Positions 20,685-29,950 of a DNA stretch of 64,000 nt are shown here, one piece after another. The DNA lies in assembly GCA_018396915.1 (NCBI GenBank), contig JAGTRD010000002.1, positions 48,706 through 112,705 on the forward strand. The letters are read 5' to 3'. How positions within the stretch are numbered: position 1 is the first letter of the stretch; every line of letters starts with the position of its first letter. The stretch comes from Candidatus Bathyarchaeota archaeon. GTDB lineage: Archaea; Thermoproteota; Bathyarchaeia; 40CM-2-53-6; RBG-13-38-9. The notes under the pieces were generated by a model. That model was not told the DNA's origin, did not search any database, and saw only the letters and a program-made list of their open reading frames with translations. Position numbers and translations under genes: made by a program.

Positions 20685-20969
20685 AATCGTCGACTGAGAA
20701 ATAATATTTTATAGCGAAGTTACCCCTACTATTTATATTATAATATGAACATATATACGATATCTATTCACTTGCCCATACTACTTCTGACCAATGCATC
20801 ATTGAACTTGGAGAGATAAAGTTTAACGGCGCCCCTAAAAAGGCCTCCAAACATCCCCTGGAGGATACATCAGCCTTAGAGTGTACCCTAGACTTAATAA
20901 GAGCATATTATCAGAACGTAACGAAAGATTGATAAAATAGCCTTTAGAGCCCTTATAACTAAAAGGCAG

Positions 20970-21362
20970 ATGAGGATGAAGCGGATGCCTAAACAGTTTT
21001 ACGTGAAATTCCAGACTCCAAAAGAAATCTCTGAAAAAGCCTTCCAAGCTTTACAAGTCGCCAGAGATACCGGAAAGATTAAAAAAGGAACAAATGAAAC
21101 TACGAAAGCGGTAGAGAGGGGAGTTGCAAAGCTTGTCCTTATCGCTGAGGACGTTGAGCCACCCCAGGTCGTAGCCCATCTCCCCATACTTTGCGAAGAA
21201 AGAAAGATTCCTTACTTATTTGTCCCAAGCAAGCTGGAGTTGGGAAGATCTGCTGGAATAGAGGTCGGTTCGGCAGCCATATCCATAATTGAGCCTGGAG
21301 AAGCAGCTGAGACGGTGAAGGAGCTTATCAGCGTATCGGAGAAATTGATGAAAGGCGGTTGA
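20970..21362 (+). CDS. rpl7ae: Ribosomal protein L7Ae
   Basis: [35 protein letters not shown]; the real start is probably ATG 20985 (MPKQFYV). Confidence 0.9.
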   Translation: MRMKRMPKQFYVKFQTPKEISEKAFQALQVARDTGKIKKGTNETTKAVERGVAKLVLIAEDVEPPQVVAHLPILCEERKIPYLFVPSKLELGRSAGIEVGSAAISIIEPGEAAETVKELISVSEKLMKGG

Positions 21363-21607
21363 ACAAGAAAATGAGTGCAACGGAGAAGACTTCTAAGTCA
21401 AGTTTAGAAGAAGCCCTAACCCCAGCGGAAGTAACCCAAATTGTTGGCAGAACAGGAGTAACGGGAGAAGTTATACAAGTCAGAGTGAGAATCCTTGAAG
21501 GGAGAGACAAAGGCAGAATAATCACCAGAAATGTGAAGGGGCCAGTTAGGCTTGGCGATATACTTATGCTCAGAGAGACCGAGAGGGAAGCTAAAAAGAT
21601 TCGTTGA
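21359..21607 (+). CDS. rps28e: Ribosomal protein S28e
   Basis: 82 aa, [31 protein letters not shown]. Confidence 0.9.
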   Translation: MNKKMSATEKTSKSSLEEALTPAEVTQIVGRTGVTGEVIQVRVRILEGRDKGRIITRNVKGPVRLGDILMLRETEREAKKIR

Positions 21608-21622
21608 CGAGGTTTTCATAAA

Positions 21623-21811
21623 GTGCCAAGGACATTCAAATGTTCCTTCTGTGGTAAAGAGTATCCACCAGCCTCTGGAATAGCCTACTTCAGGAATGAC
21701 GGGTCTATATTATACTTCTGCTCAACCAAATGTAGAAAAAATTTGCTGAAGCTCGGTCGAGACCCTAGAAAGCTCAAGTGGACCAAACATTTCAGTCGAA
21801 AAGAGAGTTGA
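21623..21811 (+). CDS. rpl24e: Ribosomal protein L24e
   Basis: 62 aa, [31 protein letters not shown] zinc ribbon. Confidence 0.9.
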   Translation: MPRTFKCSFCGKEYPPASGIAYFRNDGSILYFCSTKCRKNLLKLGRDPRKLKWTKHFSRKES

Positions 21812-21826
21812 GGCGACGCATTCCTC

Positions 21827-22276
21827 ATGGAGCGAACATTTGTCTTGATAAAGCCGGAAGGAGTAATGAGGGGGCTCATAGGCGAAGTTATATCGAGATT
21901 TGAGAGGAAAGGCCTAAACATAATAGCTTTAAAAATCTTGAATATATCAAGCAGACAAGCTGAGGCTCTCTATTCGGCGCATAGGACAAAAGATTTCTAC
22001 AAGAGGCTTCTTGAGCATATAATGTCCGGTCCAGTAGTCGCTATGGTGGTCGAGGGGCCGAACGCAGTTAAGGCAGTGAGAAGACTTGTCGGAGCCACGA
22101 ACCCTCAAGAAGCCGATCCAGGGAGCATTAGAGCTGAATTCGCATTAAATATAACCCAGAACATTGTGCATGCAGCGGACAGTTTAGAGAATGCAAGTAA
22201 CGAGATAAAAATATTTTTTGAGGATAATGAGATACTGAGCTACAAAAAACCCACGGAAACCCAATTTCTATTCTAG
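21827..22276 (+). CDS. ndk: Nucleoside diphosphate kinase
   Basis: 149 aa, ERTFVLIKPEGV..NIVHAADS. Confidence 0.95.
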   Translation: MERTFVLIKPEGVMRGLIGEVISRFERKGLNIIALKILNISSRQAEALYSAHRTKDFYKRLLEHIMSGPVVAMVVEGPNAVKAVRRLVGATNPQEADPGSIRAEFALNITQNIVHAADSLENASNEIKIFFEDNEILSYKKPTETQFLF

Positions 22277-22380
22277 ATCTTTAGATGGGTAGGACAACCT
22301 TTAACCAACTAATCTACGAATCAACCTAAGATTTAAAGAGTGTGTCGATATCGCCTTAATAGGAGATGCTGACCTTGCCA

Positions 22381-24189
22381 ATGCGTCAACCAATCGTCGT
22401 GGTCTTAGGCCATACGTCGTAGAGTTAAAATAAATTCACGACGGGCAAAGTAGACCACGGCAAAACAACACTACTTGATAAGATTCGAGGAACAACCGTT
22501 GCAAAGAGAGAACCTGGCCAAATAACCCAGTGGATAGGGGCAAGCTTACTCCCTTCAGAAATAATCATGAAAAACTATGGAGAGATCCTTGAAAGATTCA
22601 AAGTTCAAATAAAGATTCCTGGATTACTATTCATAGACACGCCTGGACATGAGAGTTTTTCGAATCTCCGTCGTCGCGGAGGCTCCGCTGCAGACATAGC
22701 GATATTGGTTGTAGACATTATGCAAGGAGTTGAACGCCAGACCGAGGAGTCTATCGAGATACTCAAATCTAGAAGGACACCATTTGTCGTGGCAGCTAAT
22801 AAAGTTGACTTGATTCCGGGGTGGAGGAGCGTAGGTTCAAAATCGATCACACAATCAGTCATATCTCAACCCACTGAAGTTCAAAGGGAGATGGATACTA
22901 AAATTTACACTATAATGGGTTCACTATCAAAACTTGGATTAAACTCTGACAGGTTTGACAGAATCAAAGATTTTACGAAGACCATTGCAATAATACCTAC
23001 AAGCGCAAAAACAGGAGAAGGTATTCCTGAGCTTCTAACGATCCTAGTTGGACTCACACAATCATTCATGAGAAAAGAACTGTTGACGAGTAGTGGACCC
23101 GCGAGAGGAACGATTCTAGAGGTTGAGGAGGAAGTTGGTTTAGGAGTTACCGTAAACGCAATTATCTATGATGGAAAATTAAATATTGGGGATAGAATAG
23201 TTCTCGGAGGTAAAGGTGGGCCGATACTCACCACGATCAGGACAATATTAGTTCCAAAACCATTAGATGAGATAAGGGATCCAAGAGATAAGTTTTCAAC
23301 TGTTCAGAGTGTGGGGGCAGCTTCTGGAATAAAGATCGCCGCACCAAACCTAGAGAATGCCCTCGCCGGTTCATCTCTATACGCGATTCCCGATAAGGAA
23401 AGCCCTGAAACCTACGTAAATATGATCAAAGAAGAGTTTGAGAGGCTGATAATACATACTGATAAGGATGGAGTAATCCTCAAGACCGATACTCTGGGGG
23501 CATTAGAAGCTATAACCGAGTCGCTAAGAAAGGCTGGCACACCTATAAGGATAGCTGACGTTGGGGACATCTCAAAAAGAGAAGTCATAGAGGCAGAAGT
23601 AGTCAAAGGAAAGAACCGGTTACTTGGCATAGTTTTGGGATTTAACGTAAAGACATTACCAGATGCTGAGGAGGAGGCTAGAAAGAGAGGTGTCCCAATA
23701 ATTATAGCGGATATAATATATGATTTATTAGATAAATATTCGAAGTGGCTAGAAGCCGAGAGATATGCTAATTTAAAGGCAGAATTGGAAAGCCATATCA
23801 GACCTGGAAAAATAAGGGTTCTTCCAGGACTAATATTCAGGAGAAGCAAACCCGCAATCTTTGGTGTAGAAGTCTTGGCTGGTAGAATTGGGCAGAAATA
23901 TCCGTTGATAAATGGTGATGGAAAGAGGATAGGAGAGATTATGCGAATCCAAGATAGAGGTAGAGATGTTGGCGAGGCCATTTCAGGAACCCAAGTAGCA
24001 GTCTCTGTGGATAAAGCTGTAATTCATCGAAACGTATTCGAAGGCGATATATTATATGTAGCCGTTCCAGAAAGGTCAGCGAAGGAACTTTTAACCAGAT
24101 TAAGAGATCACATTAGCCCTGAAGAGGTGGAAGTACTCAGGGAGCTAACCGAAATAATGAGGAGAGAGAATCCGTTCTGGAACATTTAG
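22381..24189 (+). CDS. infB: Translation initiation factor aIF5B (IF-2); ORF interrupted by a 36-nt insert. Proposed structure join(22381..22413,22450..24189), 590 aa
   Basis: Exon 1 MRQPIVVVLGH (22381-22413) and, in the same frame after a 36-nt stop-containing insert, VDHGKTTLLDKIRGTTVAKREPGQITQWIG...IDTPGHE... Together they reconstitute the canonical aIF5B N-terminus and P-loop. The ORF track only reports an internal ATG at 22567. Confidence 0.85.
22414..22449 (+). other. Candidate bulge-helix-bulge-type pre-mRNA intron in infB (36 nt, in frame, contains TAG and TAA)
   Basis: Insert acgtcgtagagttaaaataaattcacgacgggcaaa splits GH|VDHGKT. Internal 6-bp stem CGTCGT(22415-20)/ACGACG(22438-43) with a 17-nt loop. 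Exon GCC (22409-11) pairs with intron GGC (22444-46). The 5' junction lies after the 2nd nt of a 3-nt bulge (at|a). Exon-exon helix GTGGTC(22399-404)/GACCAC(22453-58) flanks the structure. Confidence 0.5.
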
Positions 24190-24263
24190 AATCGCACACT
24201 CGACAAATTAATATGCTCCTTACCATGCCTAGTAAGATACCTGCAGTATCGAGTAGATAACAA

Positions 24264-24698
24264 TTGGCGAAATTCAAACTGGTGATATCGGATCCGAATC
24301 TAGGGAAGGCCTCAGTGATGGAACTGGAGGGGGAAAAGGCAAAACCCCTTTTGGGAAGGCAAATAGGAGACATATTCGACGGCTCTATTATAGGATTGAG
24401 TGGCAGAGAGGTTAAGATAACAGGTGGCAGTGATAAAGATGGGATACCTCTCAGAGGGGATGTTCACGGTGGCGTGAAAAAGTATTTACTGCTCACAAAG
24501 GGCGTAGGTTTCAGAGGAAGAAGTGGAGAGAGAAGAAGAAAAATCGTTAGAGGCCGAATGATTACCGATGAGACATATCAGATAAATCTAGTCTTAACAA
24601 GAATAAATAAAGAAAATGGTGGAAAAGTACAATCCTCCACCAATGAAGTTTATGAGGATGGGACCAATGAAAGCCAAGGTGCTAAGAGAGAACCGTAA
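24264..24698 (+). CDS. rps6e: Ribosomal protein S6e
   Basis: 144 aa, MAKFKLVISDP..GIPLRGDVHGG. Confidence 0.9.
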   Translation: MAKFKLVISDPNLGKASVMELEGEKAKPLLGRQIGDIFDGSIIGLSGREVKITGGSDKDGIPLRGDVHGGVKKYLLLTKGVGFRGRSGERRRKIVRGRMITDETYQINLVLTRINKENGGKVQSSTNEVYEDGTNESQGAKREP

Positions 24699-25011
24699 TC
24701 CATTGTTAAAGCGTCGGGAGTTGCTTATAGAAGTTATACATGATGACGCCTCCGGAACTCCTGAAAGACAAACGCTGAGAAGGTTCTTGGCATCACAACT
24801 TAATGAGAAACTCGAAAATTTATTCTTATTGAAGGTTGAAGGTAGGAAGGGCGCAGACAAGTCTCTATGTCACGTTGAGATATATGATGATAGAGAACAC
24901 GCAGAGGAAATACTCCCGAGACACATAATCAATAGGAACATTCCACCTGTAGGAGGAAAATCTGTGGAAGGGGGAAAAGCAGTTGAACCAAAGAGTTCAG
25001 AGAAGGAGTGA
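24616..25011 (+). CDS. rps24e: Ribosomal protein S24e
   Basis: NPLLKRRELLIEV motif; the true start is probably an internal ATG (24652 or 24664), which reduces the overlap with rps6e. Confidence 0.85.
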   Translation: MVEKYNPPPMKFMRMGPMKAKVLRENRNPLLKRRELLIEVIHDDASGTPERQTLRRFLASQLNEKLENLFLLKVEGRKGADKSLCHVEIYDDREHAEEILPRHIINRNIPPVGGKSVEGGKAVEPKSSEKE

Positions 25012-25214
25012 GGGAAATGAGTAAGAGTGAGGGACGTCAAAAGAAGAAAAGACTGAGTTTAGGTTTCCTATACGATTACAATCATGAAAGTGGTGGTATC
25101 AAACTAAGAAATAGAAAATGCCCAAGATGCGGCAATATAATGGCGCATCATAAGATACCTAAACAGAGATGGACCTGTGGTTCGTGTCGATACACTGACT
25201 ATATTAAGTCTTAA
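25008..25214 (+). CDS. rps27ae: Ribosomal protein S27ae (zinc finger)
   Basis: 68 aa, CPRCGNIMAHH..WTCGSC. Confidence 0.85.
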   Translation: MREMSKSEGRQKKKRLSLGFLYDYNHESGGIKLRNRKCPRCGNIMAHHKIPKQRWTCGSCRYTDYIKS

Positions 25215-25735
25215 CCTGGCTCGTAGGTCATGGAGCCGATAATGCGTCTGACAAGGTTTCTCTTCTCTTCATTGACCCTCACGAAAACCATTCCAGCCCT
25301 TGGCGGCTGACCGTAAACCACAATAGAGCCTTCGGGAGCTTCTAGGATAGCCGGTAATGTAAGAAGGTCTTCTTCACCCCTAACAAGTATTAAGGCCCCA
25401 TCATACTTAATAGCTTCAGATATCGTCATCCAAGCCATATTACTTATTGTCCCAGCCTCGTTCTCAACAATGAATATTCTATTACCTTTGAAACCTGAGA
25501 TGCCAATCTCTCTACGCATCTCTTTTCCATCAAATATCTTGATCCATGAGTCGAATCCCGCCTTGAATGCACTCCTGCCAACCCTGTCTCCGACGCATAT
25601 AACTTTGGGAGGTTTATATTCGGCAACTATCTCTTTCAATCTCTTCATGTTTTCTTCCTCATCGCCCTTAAGTAGGTCACCTAACGGAAGCTTCAGTAAT
25701 GCTCTAAGCTCCCTTGTCAATACGAATCTACCCAA
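25211..25735 (-). CDS. DUF359 family protein (archaeal GTP-dependent dephospho-CoA kinase family)
   Basis: 174 aa; conserved position next to spt4/rpoE' as in many archaea; family call from memory of the DUF359/TK1697 family. Confidence 0.5.
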   Translation of the reverse strand: MGRFVLTRELRALLKLPLGDLLKGDEEENMKRLKEIVAEYKPPKVICVGDRVGRSAFKAGFDSWIKIFDGKEMRREIGISGFKGNRIFIVENEAGTISNMAWMTISEAIKYDGALILVRGEEDLLTLPAILEAPEGSIVVYGQPPRAGMVFVRVNEEKRNLVRRIIGSMTYEPG

Positions 25736-25767
25736 GATAAGCCCCTGAAATAGGTAGCAAGAGGAAT

Positions 25768-25953
25768 CTACCGGATGTGAATAGCATATTTCCCAGGAGT
25801 CTTGGCCCCTATCATTCTGCTTATTTCTGACTTCTCTACATCTAACACTATAACCAAGCCTGCCCAGTCCTCGCTGAGGACCGAGGACTTACAGTTTGGG
25901 CAAATGTTGCCCATGCTTATAAAACGGCAGTTTTTACAAGCTTTCTCTTTCAT
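25768..25953 (-). CDS. spt4: Transcription elongation factor Spt4 / RNA polymerase subunit E''
   Basis: 61 aa, CKNCRFISMGNICPNC zinc ribbon; downstream of rpoE'. Confidence 0.8.
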   Translation of the reverse strand: MKEKACKNCRFISMGNICPNCKSSVLSEDWAGLVIVLDVEKSEISRMIGAKTPGKYAIHIR

Positions 25954-26507
25954 TGGCTCATTTCCTTCTTTATTTCTTCATTTATCCACTCAAATTTCCC
26001 AAGATATGGTTGTCTCATGGTCAAACCGATCTTACCGCTCACTCCACCTCTTGGAAAACTGACAGCTATTACCCTAGCCCTGACATGATCACCTTTACAT
26101 ATTCTACGGTGTGTCTCTTTGCCTGAAAGGACACCTTGCTTCTCATCGTATGTTATAAAGTCGTCCATAATCTGGGAGACATGGACGAGAGCATCTTCAG
26201 GACCGATTCTGATGAAAGCCCCAAAATCCGTAACTTCTACGACTTCACCCTCAACTATCTCATGCAGTTCGGGGTAGAATGTCAATAACCTAAATTTAAC
26301 CTTATGATAAGTTGATCCGTCGCCTGGAAGAATCCTACCTACAGGGTCTACATCGACATCGATCACATATATAACGTAACCCAACTCTTCATCTATCAAG
26401 TTCTCATATTTCACTTTAACTTGTTCTCTGGCTGCTTTCTTTATTGCCCCTCCGAGCTTATCTGGAGGAATCCTAATAGTGTCCTCCATAACCATTATTC
26501 TGAACAT
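25950..26507 (-). CDS. rpoE: DNA-directed RNA polymerase subunit E' (Rpo7) with S1 domain
   Basis: 185 aa, MFRIMVMEDTIRIPP.., S1-like C-terminal domain. Confidence 0.85.
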   Translation of the reverse strand: MFRIMVMEDTIRIPPDKLGGAIKKAAREQVKVKYENLIDEELGYVIYVIDVDVDPVGRILPGDGSTYHKVKFRLLTFYPELHEIVEGEVVEVTDFGAFIRIGPEDALVHVSQIMDDFITYDEKQGVLSGKETHRRICKGDHVRARVIAVSFPRGGVSGKIGLTMRQPYLGKFEWINEEIKKEMSQ

Positions 26508-26539
26508 TTCTCTAACACAGCCTATGAAACGCTCTTAAT

Positions 26540-26956
26540 TTAACAGTCATCGGGAGGATATCCCTCAAGTTTAAGTCTTGAACGTTCTCTTACATAGATT
26601 ACTGGCACATTTATATCTCTTAGTCTCTTTCTGAGTGCTGTGTCTGCAGTAGCTACTATTGCGTTATTCTCCACGGCAAATCTCACAAGTGCATCGTCAA
26701 CGGTTTCTTGAGCACCTCTCTCGAATTCAACACTTTCGCAACGATCAAGAAACTTCAACATGTAGACCGATCTCCTACCACGTTCAGATGATTCAACTGA
26801 AAGTCGATGAAGTTCATCCCTGACAGGACTTATCGCGATGAATCTTACACGTCTAGAAAGCAGCCCTTCGATCTCATAAAATATGTCAAGCTTCAGGTTT
26901 AAGGATATGAGAAAGAAATTTGAATCTAGAACGACCTTACACGTCAACTGAATCAC
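26540..26956 (-). CDS. PIN-domain protein (conserved partner between aIF2-gamma and rpoE')
   Basis: 138 aa, VLDSNFF...TADTALRKR acidic/PIN-like motifs; conserved archaeal neighbourhood. Confidence 0.55.
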   Translation of the reverse strand: MIQLTCKVVLDSNFFLISLNLKLDIFYEIEGLLSRRVRFIAISPVRDELHRLSVESSERGRRSVYMLKFLDRCESVEFERGAQETVDDALVRFAVENNAIVATADTALRKRLRDINVPVIYVRERSRLKLEGYPPDDC

Positions 26957-28188
26957 TTTAAGGTACCATACCCAATCAGTCGCCAGCTATCTCCTATTCT
27001 TCTACTCAGAGCAACCTTAAAGTTTGGGTCTACACAAATAGGCCTTTTTAATGATATGTCTATAACATTTTCTCTTGCCGATGTGACGACTCCGGAAGTA
27101 ACTGCTGTAGCAACATTGAGAACCAATGGTTCATTCGTTCTTATCTTTTCGACTGCGACTAAGTCTTCAGTACCTACAGCCTTCTCGAAAAGCTGAACAT
27201 CTAATGTGACTTTGTTGAGAACCTCCGGAAGCGTTCCTTCCTTGCCAACCATGCTCCCGACCAAACCATCTGCTTTTGTTACAGAGGGGCATAAGGCGGT
27301 ACCTATGCCGACGAGTCCACCAGGACCAGCCTCAGAAACCTCGCCTCCACCTACGCGTAGACTCCTGATAACAGTGAATATAGGTTGATAATGAGTTTTA
27401 CCACTATCATCAACCTTCAACCCTGGCCTGATCTCGATCTGATCTTCTATATGGAAAACCCCTTGGACGATCGAGCCACCTAATACCCCCCCACTCAAAT
27501 GTTCGGCCCTAGTCCCAGGCTTATTTATATCGAAAGATCTTAGTACATACATTCTTGGTGGAGCTGAAGTGTCTCTCTTCGGGGTTGGAATTTTCTTTTC
27601 GATAGTCTCGATCAACAAGTCAACATTTACATTGTGCTGTGCTGATATAGGTATTATTGGAGCATCTTCCGCTGAAGTTCCCTTAAGAAATCTTGATATC
27701 TCACGCATATTTTCTACAGCTCTCTCCCGATTAACAATATCTATCTTATTTTGAACAATTATCAAATTTTTTATTCCAGCCATCTCTGCTGCTAAGAGAT
27801 GTTCCCGATCCTGTGCTTGGGGGAACTTGGCGTCAGCTGCTACGACGAATAGGGCGCCATCCATTAACGCGGCACCGGACAGCATAGTTACCATCAAGCT
27901 GTGGTGTCCGGGGCAGTCGATGAAACTTACAGCTCTAAGGAACTTGGTGTCTGAACCACAGATTGGACACCTTCTTGATGTACAATAGGATATAGGCCCC
28001 CTATGTGCTGAACATTTATAAAAGTGGGCATCTGCATAGCCAATCCTTATTGTTATTCCTCTTCTGAGCTCTTCAGAGTGTCTAGCAGTCCAAACTCCAG
28101 TCAATGCTTGGACGAGAGTACTCTTACCGTTGTCCACATGCCCTAAGGTTCCTATGTTCACTTCCGGTTGAATAGGCAAAGCCAACAC
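26953..28188 (-). CDS. eif2g: Translation initiation factor aIF2 gamma subunit
   Basis: 411 aa, NIGTLGHVDNGKSTLVQALTG, zinc knuckle CxxC..CxxC. Confidence 0.95.
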   Translation of the reverse strand: MLALPIQPEVNIGTLGHVDNGKSTLVQALTGVWTARHSEELRRGITIRIGYADAHFYKCSAHRGPISYCTSRRCPICGSDTKFLRAVSFIDCPGHHSLMVTMLSGAALMDGALFVVAADAKFPQAQDREHLLAAEMAGIKNLIIVQNKIDIVNRERAVENMREISRFLKGTSAEDAPIIPISAQHNVNVDLLIETIEKKIPTPKRDTSAPPRMYVLRSFDINKPGTRAEHLSGGVLGGSIVQGVFHIEDQIEIRPGLKVDDSGKTHYQPIFTVIRSLRVGGGEVSEAGPGGLVGIGTALCPSVTKADGLVGSMVGKEGTLPEVLNKVTLDVQLFEKAVGTEDLVAVEKIRTNEPLVLNVATAVTSGVVTSARENVIDISLKRPICVDPNFKVALSRRIGDSWRLIGYGTLK

Positions 28189-28308
28189 TTACCATCTCAG
28201 GATGTGAAAGATGCTACTTATTGAAGGTGGTGATTAATTTAACCTTTCCAAAAGATTCTTTCAACTACATATATTAATAAACATGAGTCGAAATAGTCGG
28301 AGATACAT

Positions 28309-29304
28309 ATGAAAGAGTTATTATGTTTGGGAATAGAGTCGACAGCCCACACTTTCGGTGCAGGAATCGTCTCCGAAGATGGCAAGATATATTCGGACTC
28401 AAGGGATGTATATGTTCCCGTGATAGGAAGGGGAATACATCCGACAGAGGCTGCGCAACATCATAACATCGCCGCACCTAAAGTTATTTTGGATGCTTTC
28501 AGGAAAGCCAATCTAAAACCCGGAATGATTGACATCATAGCCTACTCATGTGGACCAGGCCTCGGTCCATGTTTACGCGTCGGCGCAACAATAGCTAGAG
28601 CACTATCAACTTACCTATGCAAACCTCTAGTTCCTGTAAATCATGCGATTGCACATATAGAGATAGCATCTCTAAATACTGGAGCTAAGGACCCGCTGAC
28701 AGTACTCGTCTCAGGTGGTCACACTGCGATAGTAGCTTATGCTGCTGGCAGGTGGCGTATTTACGGAGAAACCGAGGATATAACACTGGGAAACCTTCTC
28801 GACGTGTTTGCTAGGGAGGTTGGTTTACCCTCACCTGGGGGCCCTGAGGTTGAAAGGCTTGCTGAGATGGGAAAGATATTCATAGACCTCCCATATACTG
28901 TGAAGGGGAACGATGTAGCTTACTCTGGATTACTATCGGCTGCATTACGTAAGTACAGGGATGGCGTTGATCTTAAGGATTTATGCTTCTCTCTTCAAGA
29001 GGTTGCATTCGCAATGATAGCTGAAGCAACAGAAAGATCTCTTGCCCACACAGAAAAGAAAGAGCTGCTATTGAGCGGGGGAGTAGCAGCTAATAAGAGG
29101 TTGCAAGGCATGCTTGAGTCTATTGCAAGAGAACACGATGTAAAATTCTATTGTGTAGATAAGAGTCTAAGTGGAGACTCGGGTGTTCAAATAGCATGGA
29201 ACGGGATCTTAGCATATAGATGCGGACTCAGAATTGATGTTAAGAAAAGCCATGTGAAGTCTCGATGGAGGCTAGATCAAGTTGATATCCCATGGAGGTC
29301 TTAA
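28309..29304 (+). CDS. kae1: tRNA N6-adenosine threonylcarbamoyltransferase Kae1
   Basis: 331 aa, LGIESTAHTFGAGIV.., Kae1/TsaD family. Confidence 0.95.
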   Translation: MKELLCLGIESTAHTFGAGIVSEDGKIYSDSRDVYVPVIGRGIHPTEAAQHHNIAAPKVILDAFRKANLKPGMIDIIAYSCGPGLGPCLRVGATIARALSTYLCKPLVPVNHAIAHIEIASLNTGAKDPLTVLVSGGHTAIVAYAAGRWRIYGETEDITLGNLLDVFAREVGLPSPGGPEVERLAEMGKIFIDLPYTVKGNDVAYSGLLSAALRKYRDGVDLKDLCFSLQEVAFAMIAEATERSLAHTEKKELLLSGGVAANKRLQGMLESIAREHDVKFYCVDKSLSGDSGVQIAWNGILAYRCGLRIDVKKSHVKSRWRLDQVDIPWRS

Positions 29305-29942
29305 GTTTGAGACTCCTCAGTAAAGGAGCTGAGGCAGACCTTTACATCGCAGAATGGTATGGAAGAAAAGTTGTTATAAAAAGAAGAATATCGAAGGCTT
29401 ATAGGAACCCATTTTTGGATCTTAGACTCAGAGCTTCACGTACTGTCCGTGAAGCAGAAAACATGCATGAAGCCAAGAAGGCATCGGTCCCAACTCCAAT
29501 TATTTATTTTGTTGACAAAGAAAGCACAACTCTGGTAATGGAGTATATTGATGGGCTTAGAGTGAAGGAAGCTTTGGGCATGCTAGATAGTAGTGAGAGA
29601 GAAAAAGTATGTAAACAGATTGGAATGAAAGTTGGAATGCTCCACTCCGCCTCATTAATCCACGGAGATCTTACTACATCAAACATGATCATTTGTGGAG
29701 ATAAAGTATTCTTCATAGATTTTGGCTTGAGTTTCCATTCACATAGTAATGAGGATAAAGGAGTTGACCTACACTTATTGAAGAGATCGCTGGATAGCAC
29801 CCATTACACGGAGTCACATGACTGTCTCAAACATATACTTCAAGGATACCGGGAAGTCTCAGGCGAGAGATACACCTCGAAGATTTTGAAGAAGATGAAA
29901 GAAATTGAATATAGAGGAAGATATTTCAGCGGGAGAACCTGA
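29292..29942 (+). CDS. bud32: KEOPS complex kinase Bud32
   Basis: 216 aa atypical RIO-like kinase (GAEADLY, HGDLTTSN, DFGLS); separate gene overlapping kae1 by 13 nt. Confidence 0.85.
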   Translation: MEVLSLRLLSKGAEADLYIAEWYGRKVVIKRRISKAYRNPFLDLRLRASRTVREAENMHEAKKASVPTPIIYFVDKESTTLVMEYIDGLRVKEALGMLDSSEREKVCKQIGMKVGMLHSASLIHGDLTTSNMIICGDKVFFIDFGLSFHSHSNEDKGVDLHLLKRSLDSTHYTESHDCLKHILQGYREVSGERYTSKILKKMKEIEYRGRYFSGRT

Positions 29943-29950
29943 ACACTTTC

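Noticed and set aside
22414-22449. Alternative explanations for the infB insert: pseudogene, programmed frameshift or readthrough, mini-intein
   Set aside because: The insert is exactly in frame, so there is no frameshift to correct. It contains two different stop codons, which makes readthrough unlikely. It is far too short for an intein. infB is essential, which makes a pseudogene unlikely. An assembly artefact cannot be excluded from sequence alone.
22567-24189. ORF-track start of infB at internal ATG 22567
   Set aside because: The frame is open upstream back to 22450 and encodes the indispensable G1 motif VDHGKTTLLD. A protein starting at 22567 would lack the P-loop. The real N-terminus is at 22381, across the 36-nt insert.
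24616-24698. 83-nt overlap between rps6e and rps24e, considered as a possible frameshift or fusion
   Set aside because: S24e homologs begin about 10-15 aa before the NPLLKRRE motif. Using internal ATG 24652 or 24664 removes most of the overlap. It is a start-codon ambiguity, not a recoding event.
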